From a virus, in the IMG/VR virus record IMGVR_UViG_3300042878_001080, positions 29,329 to 93,328 of that record: a stretch of DNA of 64,000 nt; one strand, given 5' to 3'. Under the pieces are notes generated by a model, which saw only the letters and a list, made by a program, of their open reading frames with translations, had not been told where the DNA came from and made no database searches. Within the stretch, counting starts at the first letter, position 1. Every line of letters starts with the position of its first letter. Positions 28,776 through 40,227 of the stretch are shown one piece after another. The position numbers and the translations under genes were made by a program.

Positions 28776-30614
28776 ATGGCAAACAAGAAAATTTCCTATA
28801 CTACAAGAGATTTCCAATCAATTAGAACAGAGTTAATTAACTTTACTAAAACGTATTATCCTGATACAATTCAAAACTTTAATGATGCGTCGGTTTTTTC
28901 AGTATTATTAGATTTAAATGCTGCGGTTACAGATAACTTACAATTTAATATTGATAGAAGTATTCAGGAGACAGTACTTCAATTCGCACAACAAAGGTCA
29001 TCAGTTTTTAATATCGCAAAAACTTATGGATTAAAAGTTCCGGGAATGAGACCATCAGTTGCTTTAGTTGATTTCTCAATTACGGTTCCTGCTTATGGTG
29101 ATAAGGAAGATTTAAGGTATTGTGGTATTTTAAGAAGGGGTTCTCAAGTTAATGGTGCGGGACAAGTATTTGAAACCGTTTATGACATTGATTTTACATC
29201 CCCAGTTAATGATGAAGGATATCCTAATAGATTAAAAATACCTAATTTTGACTCAAATAACAAGTTATTAAATTATACAATAACTAAAAGAGAAACTGTT
29301 GTTAATGGTACAACAAAAGTATTTAAAAAAGTTATAACTCCAAATGATGTTAAACCTTTTTATGAATTATTTTTACCGGACAAAAACGTGTTAGGGGTGA
29401 CTAGTGTTTTATTAAAAGATAGTACTCAATATACAAATATCCCATCAGTACAAGAGTTTTTAGGGTTAAATAATAGATGGTATGAAGTAGATTCTTTGGC
29501 GGAAGATAGAGTATTTGTTGAGGACCCAACCAAAGTATCAGATGCTCCGGGGGTTAAAGTTGGAAAATATATACAAACTAGTGATAAATTTATAACAGAA
29601 TTCACACCTGAAGGGTTTTTAAAAATGACTTTTGGTGGTGGTAATCAATCTGCTGATGAACAATTAAGAGAATTTGCTAAAGACGGTTATCAATTAAATT
29701 TATATAAATACTCAAATAACTTAGCGTTAGGTAGTTCTTTGAAGGCGAACACAACCTTATTTGTTCAATATAGAGTTGGTGGGGGTGTTGGTTGTAATCT
29801 TGGTGTTAATGCAATTACTCAAATAGGTACGGTATCATTCTTTGTTAATGGTCCTTCGGATAGTGTTAATACAACTGTGGTTAATTCGTTACGATGTAAT
29901 AATGTAACAGCAGCAATCGGTGGGGCAAGTTTTCCAACTACGGAAGAAGTTAGAAATTTGGTATCGTATAACTTTTCATCACAAAAAAGAGCTGTAACGG
30001 TTAATGATTATGAGTCGATAATTAGAACAATGCCATCACAATTTGGTGCTCCGGCAAAAGTTTCAATTACAGAAAACAATAATAAAATTATTGTACAAAT
30101 GTTATCTTATGATGAAACAGGTAGGTTAACGGAAGTAATATCAAATACTTTAAAAAATAATGTCGCAAATTATTTATCAAACTATCGTATGATAAATGAT
30201 TATGTATCAATACAAAGTGCTAATGTTATTGATTTAGGGTTTAACATTGATGTTGTTTTAGATAACACACAAAATCAAGGGACGGTTATTTCTCAAATTA
30301 TTACAATTGTTTCTGATTATTTTGACCCAGCAAATAGACATATGGGAGAAAATGTCAATATTTCAGAATTAAGAAGATTAATACAGAGTGAAAACGGTGT
30401 TGTTTCATTATCTGATATACAAGTATTCAATAAAGTTGGGGGTCAATACTCCTCATCTCAAACATCTCAAAAATATTCGGATAGTTCAACTTATCAAATA
30501 GGTTTAATTGATGATACCATTTTTGCGGAACCAAATCAAACCTATCAAATAAAATATCCTAACAAAGATATCAATATTAGAGTTAAAAACTTAAAAACTG
30601 TTAACTTCTCATAA
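28776..30614 (+). CDS. Baseplate wedge protein gp6/J-like
   Basis: RDFQSIR..L, YRVGGG..NL, AIGGA, QKRAVTVNDY. Confidence 0.88.
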   Translation: MANKKISYTTRDFQSIRTELINFTKTYYPDTIQNFNDASVFSVLLDLNAAVTDNLQFNIDRSIQETVLQFAQQRSSVFNIAKTYGLKVPGMRPSVALVDFSITVPAYGDKEDLRYCGILRRGSQVNGAGQVFETVYDIDFTSPVNDEGYPNRLKIPNFDSNNKLLNYTITKRETVVNGTTKVFKKVITPNDVKPFYELFLPDKNVLGVTSVLLKDSTQYTNIPSVQEFLGLNNRWYEVDSLAEDRVFVEDPTKVSDAPGVKVGKYIQTSDKFITEFTPEGFLKMTFGGGNQSADEQLREFAKDGYQLNLYKYSNNLALGSSLKANTTLFVQYRVGGGVGCNLGVNAITQIGTVSFFVNGPSDSVNTTVVNSLRCNNVTAAIGGASFPTTEEVRNLVSYNFSSQKRAVTVNDYESIIRTMPSQFGAPAKVSITENNNKIIVQMLSYDETGRLTEVISNTLKNNVANYLSNYRMINDYVSIQSANVIDLGFNIDVVLDNTQNQGTVISQIITIVSDYFDPANRHMGENVNISELRRLIQSENGVVSLSDIQVFNKVGGQYSSSQTSQKYSDSSTYQIGLIDDTIFAEPNQTYQIKYPNKDINIRVKNLKTVNFS

Positions 30615-30686
30615 TAATTTATTTTTAATAATAATGAATTATCTTTTAAAAATAGTGTATAAACTATTTATTAAAAAAGATAAAAA

Positions 30687-33600
30687 ATGTCAAAATCATA
30701 TAGAATAAGAACGAAGGTCGGTGTAGATACTTCTTTAAAAGTGTTAATTGAACAAGAGTTTGAGCACTTGGAGATTTTATCGTTAAAAATATTACAAAGT
30801 GATATCTACACAAGACAATGCTCGGATTATGGTGTTATTATTGGCCGAGTTAGCGTTAATAACGGATTTGGTGTTCCAAACGCTAAAATATCTATTTTTA
30901 TTCCTATAGATAGTGAAGACCAAAAAAACCCTATTATATCTGAATTATATCCCTACAAATCATTATTAGATAATAATTCTGATGGTTATAGATATAATCT
31001 ACTTCCATATGTTAAATCATATAGTGAGCACATACCTACAGGAACTTTTTTCACTAGAAATGATGTACTTAAAGACCCCACTTTAATTGAGGTTTATGAT
31101 AAATATTACAAATATAATGCCGTAACAAATCAAAGTGGTGATTATATGATATTTGGGGTTCCAGTTGGTTCTCATACAATTGTAATGGATGTTGATTTAT
31201 CCGATATTGGTGAATTTTCATTATCACCCCAAGATTTAATTCGAATGGGGTTGGCAACAGAATCTCAGGTTTCGGGAACTAATTTTAAATCGTCACATAA
31301 TTTACGAGAATTACCTCAAATTATTAATCTTAGTAAATCTATTGAGGTTGAACCATTATGGGGTCAGCCTGAAATCTGTAATTTAGGAATTACAAGAACT
31401 GATTTTGACTTGAGTAGTGAGTCGAAAATTGATATTAGACCAACAGCGGTTTTTATGGGGTCAATAATTTCTGATTCTAATACTAACGCTTTAAAATCTA
31501 ATTGTAAGCCAACAAATAAATCTGGTTATTTATGTAGTTTAATTGCGGGTCCGGGTGAAATATTATCTATTAGACAAACAATAAATCAAGATTCTAATGG
31601 GTTACCAATTCTTGAAAACTTTAGTTTAGAAAGTGGGGGTAAAGTAATTGATGAAAACGGGGCTTGGTTAATAGATGTTCCGATGAATTTAGATTATTAT
31701 ATAACTAATGAGTTTGGAGAACAGGTATTATCGAATGACCCTGAAGTGGGTATTCCAACAAAATCTAAATATAGGTTTAAAGTAAAATGGTCTCAATCAC
31801 CATCATTGTCTGATGTTACTAAACGAGCGTATTATTTAGTTCCAAATATTAGAGAATACCCTGAACCTTTTAATTTAAATTCATACTCGTTTAGTGTTGA
31901 TTGGAATGATTATGGAAATTCTCAAATGATTCAAGACGCAATAAACTGTGATGATAAATTTTATTTAATGCAATATAATAAAGTTTATACGATTTCTGAG
32001 TTTATTGATAATCATAAGTATGGTAGTGGAACAGAAAGATATATTGGGATTAAAAATATATTAGAAGATACCTGTGAAAGTGATAACAATAAATTCCCGA
32101 CTAATGATGGGACATTTAGATTTGATATAATATACATAATATTTATGTTTTTCAGTGTTATGTTAACACCGATTTTTTTCTCTTTAATACTTTTATTACA
32201 TATTTTATATTTTGTTGCGTGGTTGACAGGTATTATACTTTCCTTAGTTATTGTTGTTGTAGGTAGTATTGTTGTTTTATTATGTAATTTTGTAAAATTG
32301 ATTGTTAATGTTATTAATTCAATACCTTATGTTAGTATTGGGGATTCTCCTGATTGTCCGGATTTTGAAGATATAAAAAATTTAATAAAACAAGTTATGG
32401 GGTTAAAGGATTATTTTAAGAATGTAAAAGTTCCTATTTTAACCTATCCGGATTGTAATCTTTGTTCTTGTGAGCAAGGTGAGGGTATTAATGAACCGTC
32501 TGACCCTGATGGGTGGCCAAATACTGAAGTTGGTAAATTAACTCCTTGTGATACAATATCTTCAGACCCTAAACCAATGTCTACATTAAATAATGGTATG
32601 ACTATTGCTCCCTTATCTACTTTTTCAGGGTTTAAATTACCTACATACAATATACAGGAAAACCCAACAGGGTTTAATGGTCAAAGAAAAACCATCTTTG
32701 CTAATGATTTTGCTGGTTATACTTATGATGGTCAGTATGGGTCATCAACTATTGGGGCACCTTTTTTACAGTTAGAAACTATAACAACAGGGTCGGGAGG
32801 TAACTCTTCGACGGAAGTTTGGAATTGGTTTACAAACGGGTTACCTCTTGCTGATAGAATTAATTTATTTAATGTTAAGGCCAAATATTTTGATGAAAAT
32901 GCTAATAACCCTGGTGGTGGTGTTAATAGAATATCTGTTAATTTCCAACCAACTCAACCTCAAGTTCATTATGACAATACTATTGTAATTTTATGTGATA
33001 AAACCACGGCTAAGAAATTTGCTGCGGGGCAAATGATATCATTTCAAAATCCTTCTTTTACTAAAGACCCAAATTTAACGGGGGGTATTAAGAATAAGTA
33101 TAATAATTACGCAATTACAGGGACAACATTTACTGGTAATAATACTACAGTTCAAGTTAATTATTCGAGGTTTGATGGTAATGGTTATACACAATCTCCG
33201 GTATATGTTGTTAATATTACTGCGGACACAACAAACAATTATCATAAGTTTCCTATTGATATAGAATATTTCCAAGTTATAACGGGAATGACATATAATC
33301 AATTTAACGGTCAATGTTCGACTCAATTACCAAATTCGTTAAATGAAAAATATTTTAATAATGATACAACTTTTTTCCAACTTTATAATAATACTAATGG
33401 TTATGTTGCGGGGTATAGAGGATTCATTAATATAGAGACCTTTGGACAAACACCATTAACGCCCTCAGGTATTAATGTGTTAAATTCTATGACTTATGTT
33501 AAAAATGTTAATGATAACTATGTTGTAATATTAAATAGAGGTGTTGACCCATATACTAATAAGATTGATATTGAATATGGTATTGGTAAACTTCTTGGTT

Positions 33601-36365
33601 ATAGTTCTGAAAGTGAGGTAAAAGTTAGAGGGTTATACCGTATGAATATACCTATTCAAGGGAGTTATAAAAATATTAGTCATAACAGTAGTGATAGAGC
33701 TATTACAACACCAACATCTCCTTGGACGCCATTATCAAGTACAAGTACTCAAAATTATGTTGATGGGTTAACTTGGGTTGGTGGTAATTCAGTGCCTGTA
33801 GGTGGAAATGTTAATAATGAAACAGGATATGCCGGACAACAATTGTATTTTAATTCGTTTTCTTATTGTGATAATCAAAAAGAAACTTGGGGATGGGTAA
33901 CAGGGTATACTCAAGGTTTAACAGCAACAACTTGGACGCAAAAAACCTCAAGATTTTCAGGGTTTAATTCAAATTTAATTAGTTATTATTCTAGTTTAGA
34001 TAATCGTTCTTTAAATTACAAACCAACTTGTAATAATATACAACCTGGTAATGGAACAACCAATACTGGTGATGATGTACCTTTATTCTCTCAGACACCA
34101 CCTTTAAGTGATGGTGCTATTGCAGACACATTCCACGGGTTATGTATTAGTTTGGCAAATGGATTTACATATTCTTGGAGTAGAACACCAACTTATCATT
34201 ATCAATTACAAACTTGTGTTTATGATGATATTACAGGGAATAATTGTGATGCGTGTGGTTGTTGGACTGATTCAAATGGTGATTGTGTTAATTGGTCTCT
34301 ACCATGGATGACTCGAGATATTTCACAATATTACACAACAACAGGTAAGAATGAAGGTTATATTCCTAATGAAATTGTTGAGGGAGGTTCGATGTTACAT
34401 ATGATGTCAATAATTCCGACAAGTCCTCTTGTTGTAGATTGTTGTAGTGATATTTGTTCTTATCCCCCACCGGAAGTAAATGTTAAGACATTTTATTATT
34501 CACCAATTTATGATACAACGGGAAATACTATGAATTTCACTTTAGGTAGTATTCCGTCACCTACATTTATTTCTTTTCCTAATATGACTGAGAACCAAAT
34601 TGTGATGAGAGGGGATAGGTTACCTACAAGTACTAATGTTGAAGAATATTGTTGTAATGGGCGGGTTTTACAAAAAAATAGTAAATTATCAATATATCAA
34701 ATACCAGATAAAGGTGTTGTAGGAATAAATTCAGTTGCGGGACCAACAGATTCGATAGGTAATGGTTCATTAAATGATGTTAGAGAAGATTTAGGTGGTT
34801 CTCCAAAAATAAATCAAGTTATTAATACATTTACTTGTGAAGGTTCGGTTAATTTGGGATGTTATGGTTGTAATCAATCACCGGTTAATAGTTCCATTTT
34901 AATAAAACCAAGAGGAAACCCTTGTTTAGAATTTAATGGAGAGACAATCTTTGAGGGTGGGTGTTATATTTTTGTTACATCAATTTTCATTTCAATATTT
35001 AGAGATTGGGAATTAATGTTTGAGTGGATAGCTCGAAATATGGTAATGCTTGGTGCTTGTCGAAATGTGTTTTCTCATCGATTTAATAATAATTGGGTGA
35101 ATGGTGTATTATATGCGTTCCCATTTAAAAATGAGGTAAAATATTTTACAGCACCTACAGATAGCCCACCAAATTATCCGGTGGCAAAATATTGTACGGA
35201 TGTTATAATGTATCATAATACATCAAGAAGTTTTTATTATCGATGTTCACCTTATAATCCTATTACGGGAACTTTTAGTGGTAAATTAAATTATCCAACA
35301 ACTATTATGGATTTAGGGCCTAGGTCGGCTTTTTTACAAGAGTTAATAATGTCGGATGTTTATGATGGTTATTTAGTTAATAAGTTAGATACTACAACAT
35401 ATTCTCACGTTGATGAGATTCTTAATTTATTTATTGTTAGTAGATTTATGAATAACAATTTTTTAAATAATGCGTTAGGAGCTCTTAATATTTTTGCCTA
35501 TTTTCAAAATAGTAGAAATGGTAAATTTTTAATTGATGCTGATTATGCTCAATTAATATCGATTAATTCCGAATTAGGGGTTAATCCATTTCAATCATCA
35601 AATTATCCTGACGCACCTACTTTAGTAACGGCAGGACGTTTTGTTACGGGAATTCAATATAAAATAACAACACCAGGAACGACATTATTTACGTCAATTG
35701 GTTCTCCAAATAATACTGCGGGGACTACGTTTATTGCTACGGGTGTTGGTTCAGGTACCGGAACGGCTAATGTGTTTCCTGAAATTCAAAATCCGATATT
35801 TTTTGATTGTGATAATTCTTTGGGTATATTCTTTTCGTCAGATACTCAACTTAGAGATTATATTACACCAAAAAGAACAATTATTAATTCATCGGGTAAT
35901 AATTCAAATCCTGATTGTGTTTTTAATAATTTCCCTGTTTATTCTCAACAAGTTCCATTATCTCAATGGAGTATTTTAACAGATACTAAAGGTAGTATTT
36001 TTGGTGGAGAGTCTAATGATTGGAATTACGATACTATTTATTCATCGAAATATCAATCTTTAGATAGATTATCACCACCGTCAAGATATTTTAGAACAAC
36101 AAATCAATCTCAAGTTGATTTTTTTAAAGGGTATATATATGCGGTTACTGAGGGTAATAGTTTAACACCTTCAACACCAGGTGGTTCTCCGATGCAAAAT
36201 AACTCAATTACAGCTCTTGTTAATTATTGGGATAGAAATCAATCTGATGAACAGAATGTAACTGTTGGAGCTCCGTTTCATTTTTATTTTGGTCTTAAAA
36301 GAGGTTCTTCATCATTTGATAGATTTAGAACAAAATGGATAAACAATAGTAATATTATAAATTAA
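30687..36365 (+). CDS. Giant Cys-rich tail-associated protein with a long hydrophobic segment
   Basis: 1892 aa; N-terminal GRV..NNGFGVPNAKISI beta-sandwich-like motif; ~65-aa hydrophobic stretch. Confidence 0.6.
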   Translation: MSKSYRIRTKVGVDTSLKVLIEQEFEHLEILSLKILQSDIYTRQCSDYGVIIGRVSVNNGFGVPNAKISIFIPIDSEDQKNPIISELYPYKSLLDNNSDGYRYNLLPYVKSYSEHIPTGTFFTRNDVLKDPTLIEVYDKYYKYNAVTNQSGDYMIFGVPVGSHTIVMDVDLSDIGEFSLSPQDLIRMGLATESQVSGTNFKSSHNLRELPQIINLSKSIEVEPLWGQPEICNLGITRTDFDLSSESKIDIRPTAVFMGSIISDSNTNALKSNCKPTNKSGYLCSLIAGPGEILSIRQTINQDSNGLPILENFSLESGGKVIDENGAWLIDVPMNLDYYITNEFGEQVLSNDPEVGIPTKSKYRFKVKWSQSPSLSDVTKRAYYLVPNIREYPEPFNLNSYSFSVDWNDYGNSQMIQDAINCDDKFYLMQYNKVYTISEFIDNHKYGSGTERYIGIKNILEDTCESDNNKFPTNDGTFRFDIIYIIFMFFSVMLTPIFFSLILLLHILYFVAWLTGIILSLVIVVVGSIVVLLCNFVKLIVNVINSIPYVSIGDSPDCPDFEDIKNLIKQVMGLKDYFKNVKVPILTYPDCNLCSCEQGEGINEPSDPDGWPNTEVGKLTPCDTISSDPKPMSTLNNGMTIAPLSTFSGFKLPTYNIQENPTGFNGQRKTIFANDFAGYTYDGQYGSSTIGAPFLQLETITTGSGGNSSTEVWNWFTNGLPLADRINLFNVKAKYFDENANNPGGGVNRISVNFQPTQPQVHYDNTIVILCDKTTAKKFAAGQMISFQNPSFTKDPNLTGGIKNKYNNYAITGTTFTGNNTTVQVNYSRFDGNGYTQSPVYVVNITADTTNNYHKFPIDIEYFQVITGMTYNQFNGQCSTQLPNSLNEKYFNNDTTFFQLYNNTNGYVAGYRGFINIETFGQTPLTPSGINVLNSMTYVKNVNDNYVVILNRGVDPYTNKIDIEYGIGKLLGYSSESEVKVRGLYRMNIPIQGSYKNISHNSSDRAITTPTSPWTPLSSTSTQNYVDGLTWVGGNSVPVGGNVNNETGYAGQQLYFNSFSYCDNQKETWGWVTGYTQGLTATTWTQKTSRFSGFNSNLISYYSSLDNRSLNYKPTCNNIQPGNGTTNTGDDVPLFSQTPPLSDGAIADTFHGLCISLANGFTYSWSRTPTYHYQLQTCVYDDITGNNCDACGCWTDSNGDCVNWSLPWMTRDISQYYTTTGKNEGYIPNEIVEGGSMLHMMSIIPTSPLVVDCCSDICSYPPPEVNVKTFYYSPIYDTTGNTMNFTLGSIPSPTFISFPNMTENQIVMRGDRLPTSTNVEEYCCNGRVLQKNSKLSIYQIPDKGVVGINSVAGPTDSIGNGSLNDVREDLGGSPKINQVINTFTCEGSVNLGCYGCNQSPVNSSILIKPRGNPCLEFNGETIFEGGCYIFVTSIFISIFRDWELMFEWIARNMVMLGACRNVFSHRFNNNWVNGVLYAFPFKNEVKYFTAPTDSPPNYPVAKYCTDVIMYHNTSRSFYYRCSPYNPITGTFSGKLNYPTTIMDLGPRSAFLQELIMSDVYDGYLVNKLDTTTYSHVDEILNLFIVSRFMNNNFLNNALGALNIFAYFQNSRNGKFLIDADYAQLISINSELGVNPFQSSNYPDAPTLVTAGRFVTGIQYKITTPGTTLFTSIGSPNNTAGTTFIATGVGSGTGTANVFPEIQNPIFFDCDNSLGIFFSSDTQLRDYITPKRTIINSSGNNSNPDCVFNNFPVYSQQVPLSQWSILTDTKGSIFGGESNDWNYDTIYSSKYQSLDRLSPPSRYFRTTNQSQVDFFKGYIYAVTEGNSLTPSTPGGSPMQNNSITALVNYWDRNQSDEQNVTVGAPFHFYFGLKRGSSSFDRFRTKWINNSNIIN

Positions 36366-36366
36366 G

Positions 36367-38211
36367 ATGGATGATATAAGAATAGTGTTAGGGTCTTTAA
36401 GGTATAAGACATCAACAAATACTAATTTATCGATACCTACACCGTTAGTTCAGAACACGAAAAATCTACAAGAATTTGATAGGAGTGTTGATGTTAATTT
36501 GGCTCAGGTTTTTGATGATGAAAGACAAAAATCAACAACTTTTAGACCTGTCTGTAAGTTTCAAATATTATTTAATAACTCGTATAGTGGTTTAACAAAT
36601 TATGAGCCATTAGAGAATAATTTATATTATGTTAATGAGAATGCTTTAACTCTATTGCAATGTCAGCTTAATCCTCAATCGGTTTATTGGGAAGGGTTCC
36701 CACAGTATGATGAGTTTGATTTTGTTAGGAGTGATTATAATGTTTCGGGATATACAATACCAATCCCATCTACAGTGCCCGGACAGCCTCCCTTAGTTCA
36801 TATTGATTTTATTTCAAGAAGTGCTTCAACATATAATTGGAACCATTTTGTTAGTTATCCGTATAAAAATATTGATAAAGTTATGTCTTTTAATAATGAA
36901 AATTTAGTTAATCCTTTGACTTGGAATGCTGTTGATGGAATTCCTTTTGTTGTTGTTATTTTAGATAGTGCAGGTAATCCTTTATTAGAGGGTGGAAATT
37001 CAATAATTCGATTTAAGTGTCCGGTTAAACACGGGTTATCGGAATCTGAGTTTATTAAGATTAAATTAAATGGATATGTTAATACCTACCAAATATTTTC
37101 TTTTGGTGATGGTTTGCCAGGAACGGAAGAATATATTGTTAATATATTTAATATTGGTTATATATCTATTTTTAGTGACGGTGATGACGGTACATTTAAG
37201 AGAGTAATAAATAATGAAAACCCCAACGATACAACATCCAAATATTATGTGATTCAACATAAGATAATTACGGATGTGAATGATGCTGTTTTAGTTAATT
37301 CAGGATTCGAAAAAAATATATTTGGTACTAATAAAAAATTTGAAAGTCGTGTTTATACACCAAATAAGGTAAGTAGAGTTTCGATTAAAGAAAATTCACA
37401 ATCATATACATTATCGTTTAATAAAGATATTGATGTAAATGAATTGAGGGATAATCAAAAACGACCAATAAGTGAGTTATACATTAGTACGATATGGAAA
37501 GGATATTTTGGATTAACTTTTGGTGGTGTTGATAATGTTGGAAATCCTGTGGGATTAAAACAAGGGTTTGATTTTAATTTATCACCATTAACGTCATTTA
37601 ACATACCACAATCTTGGTGGGGGTCGGATAATTCCAATTCAAATTTTGTTAATTCAAATGGATTACCATATCCTATTGATACTTACTCAACATATGTGGG
37701 TTCAAACATTAAGTTTACATATCTTAAATCACTTAAGATGGGGGATACTATTGATGGTAACTATTGTGAATGGAATGATTACGAACAAAAAGAGAGAGTT
37801 ATTTCGGAAATGTATCATAAATTTACATTTAATTCGAATGTGTTTAATATAGGTTCGACAGATGATAATAATCAATTTGGGTATTATTACAAACCAAATA
37901 GGTTGATGAGAATTAGGGGGTTCTCTGATTATATTGAGACGGGTAGTATTAAGAATATGGCGGATGTTCCGGATTATTCATATTTCTCAACAACATATAA
38001 TTCTTTTATTTGGAGAGATTTATATACCTATGGTTTTAAGGATAATTCAGGTAATGGTGTTGATTATCCGTTTTTAAATGGAAAACATTATCCATATGAG
38101 AATTTTATTTTTAGAATAATACCGGAAGGCACTAATTATATAGAAAGTAGTTTACATAATTATGCAACTCTTTACGGGGCGGCTCAACCAATAACAGACA
38201 ATTGTGAATAA
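36367..38211 (+). CDS. Putative virion structural protein
   Basis: 614-aa ORF closely spaced within the baseplate operon. Confidence 0.6.
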   Translation: MDDIRIVLGSLRYKTSTNTNLSIPTPLVQNTKNLQEFDRSVDVNLAQVFDDERQKSTTFRPVCKFQILFNNSYSGLTNYEPLENNLYYVNENALTLLQCQLNPQSVYWEGFPQYDEFDFVRSDYNVSGYTIPIPSTVPGQPPLVHIDFISRSASTYNWNHFVSYPYKNIDKVMSFNNENLVNPLTWNAVDGIPFVVVILDSAGNPLLEGGNSIIRFKCPVKHGLSESEFIKIKLNGYVNTYQIFSFGDGLPGTEEYIVNIFNIGYISIFSDGDDGTFKRVINNENPNDTTSKYYVIQHKIITDVNDAVLVNSGFEKNIFGTNKKFESRVYTPNKVSRVSIKENSQSYTLSFNKDIDVNELRDNQKRPISELYISTIWKGYFGLTFGGVDNVGNPVGLKQGFDFNLSPLTSFNIPQSWWGSDNSNSNFVNSNGLPYPIDTYSTYVGSNIKFTYLKSLKMGDTIDGNYCEWNDYEQKERVISEMYHKFTFNSNVFNIGSTDDNNQFGYYYKPNRLMRIRGFSDYIETGSIKNMADVPDYSYFSTTYNSFIWRDLYTYGFKDNSGNGVDYPFLNGKHYPYENFIFRIIPEGTNYIESSLHNYATLYGAAQPITDNCE

Positions 38212-39031
38212 TAATAGTTATAAATTTACATTACCAAAAGGTAACGACAAATATATCAATATACCAATTGAGATTAAATGGGATATTCTTGGACAGGATA
38301 ATGCTGTAGATGAATATCAGCAAAATGTTGTGGAAGATATAATTGGGTTTCCTGGTGATTTTGAGGTATTAAGATTTGCTCACGCACCTTATAATAATAG
38401 TACAAAAACTGATATCAAATATGATTTTCATTTTTTTAGTGTTGATGGAGGTGTTCCTCCTAATCCGTCAAGTGATGTGACTACTGCGGTCTCAACAGAT
38501 TGGGAGGTTAGTTATATTCCTGAAGGTTTTTTAACTACTGAAATATACTATTATGTAAAACCATTTACTAAGTCATTTTTTAAATTGGATTTTTATGATA
38601 GTAAAGATGCGATTACCCAAACTAATTATTTTACGGTAATATTACCAGTTCAACAGGGATTCACGGTAAGTTCTATGATTAGTTCCTATCAACCATCGGT
38701 TGAGATTAAAATACCGTCATTTAAGTTAGATTATGTTGGGGATAAAGAAGGGTTCTTTTTGTATTGGTTAAGAAACACAAAATTTTTAAATATTAGTAAA
38801 TTTTATATGACAGCAAAGTTTTTTGATGCTAGATTGGGTGTTTTTGTTAAAATGATGAATGTTCCCCAAGCATCAACACTGGTTCCATCATTATTTAGAT
38901 TTAATCCTGAGGATTTTTTTTATTATGAGGTTAGATTGGATTATAATGAGAAAACATATGAAGTATGGGATGTTAATGGTAGAGTTGGGACGACAAGTTC
39001 AATAAAATGGTATGAATATATAAACCCATAA
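38204..39031 (+). CDS. Putative virion structural protein
   Basis: 275 aa; GTG start overlapping the upstream gene. Confidence 0.6.
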   Translation: MNNNSYKFTLPKGNDKYINIPIEIKWDILGQDNAVDEYQQNVVEDIIGFPGDFEVLRFAHAPYNNSTKTDIKYDFHFFSVDGGVPPNPSSDVTTAVSTDWEVSYIPEGFLTTEIYYYVKPFTKSFFKLDFYDSKDAITQTNYFTVILPVQQGFTVSSMISSYQPSVEIKIPSFKLDYVGDKEGFFLYWLRNTKFLNISKFYMTAKFFDARLGVFVKMMNVPQASTLVPSLFRFNPEDFFYYEVRLDYNEKTYEVWDVNGRVGTTSSIKWYEYINP

Positions 39032-39032
39032 T

Positions 39033-40226
39033 ATGACTGAAAGAGATTATCGTATTAAAATATCCCCTGAATTTATTAGTGGTGACATTTTTAAGGTCAC
39101 TTATAACGCAGGAACTATAACGGGTACCGGAATAGTTAATGAGTGTTGTATTATTCCATCAGAAACTTTTAAAATTAATTTAACAGGTGCGTCTTATGTT
39201 TATTCATCAATGACCGAAGTGTTATCTGGTGGGACTAATGGTTCATCTCTATTAACAGGGTTAACCATTCCAATATTATTGACTGAAAACACAATTGATA
39301 TTGGGTATTATTCAGTATTTGATGGTATGGTTTTGCAACAAGATACCATGTTAAATTTTGTTTTTTCGGGTGATGGTGTGCAACCACATAATTGTTATTT
39401 TTATAATACTTCGGATACTGAATTTAAAAAATATTTAGAATTTTCGACATATACTATTGATTGGGGGGATGGATATGTTGAACCTGTAACATCGACATTA
39501 CCTTTATCACATTTTTACCCACAAACAACTGATGTGAATTATACAATTACTATGTCAGGTATGAGTCCTTGGGGGGTAAATATTATTAAAAAAACAGTTC
39601 GACCACCATTTACAGGTACAACAACATTAAATAAACAAGGTACAGCTCATTTCAAACCAGCTGGTGGTAATTGGTCGAATACTCTACTTTCTTACGATTA
39701 TATATTCAGTGGGGATTCAAGTTGTGATGCGACAACTGATGATATATGGTTATTTAATACAGGTAATGTTCCACCATTTACTGGACAATCAATACCTTTT
39801 CTAATAACAGGTTATACAATATCGTCATTAAATGATTTAAAACAATATGGTTCTGTTAAATTTAAACCGGGGATTCAAGTAACGGGTAACACAGGAATGA
39901 TTGGTACTTATTCGGGTACAAGTTTGGATGGATTATATACTGCTTATACAATTAATGATGTTGATTATTATGATTGGTCGGATGGAACAACAATTTTTGC
40001 GGTAAAATCTTCAGGTTTAACCTCTAATATGGTGGTTTGTGAGCCAATTGTGAAAAATGAGTTATTATTAGGAATAATTGATGAGGCAGAAGTACAATCT
40101 AATATATTTATAGAAAGGGGTAAGAACTCGGCCCTTGAAAGAGTGGAAAGATTGGGTGAGGTTGATAACGTAGGAGATTTAGTCAAATACGGGTATAAAT
40201 TTTTTAATGTAAATACTAAAATATAG
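39033..40226 (+). CDS. Putative virion protein with PKD-like motif
   Basis: YTIDWGDG...SHFY....YTIT. Confidence 0.6.
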   Translation: MTERDYRIKISPEFISGDIFKVTYNAGTITGTGIVNECCIIPSETFKINLTGASYVYSSMTEVLSGGTNGSSLLTGLTIPILLTENTIDIGYYSVFDGMVLQQDTMLNFVFSGDGVQPHNCYFYNTSDTEFKKYLEFSTYTIDWGDGYVEPVTSTLPLSHFYPQTTDVNYTITMSGMSPWGVNIIKKTVRPPFTGTTTLNKQGTAHFKPAGGNWSNTLLSYDYIFSGDSSCDATTDDIWLFNTGNVPPFTGQSIPFLITGYTISSLNDLKQYGSVKFKPGIQVTGNTGMIGTYSGTSLDGLYTAYTINDVDYYDWSDGTTIFAVKSSGLTSNMVVCEPIVKNELLLGIIDEAEVQSNIFIERGKNSALERVERLGEVDNVGDLVKYGYKFFNVNTKI

Positions 40227-40227
40227 A

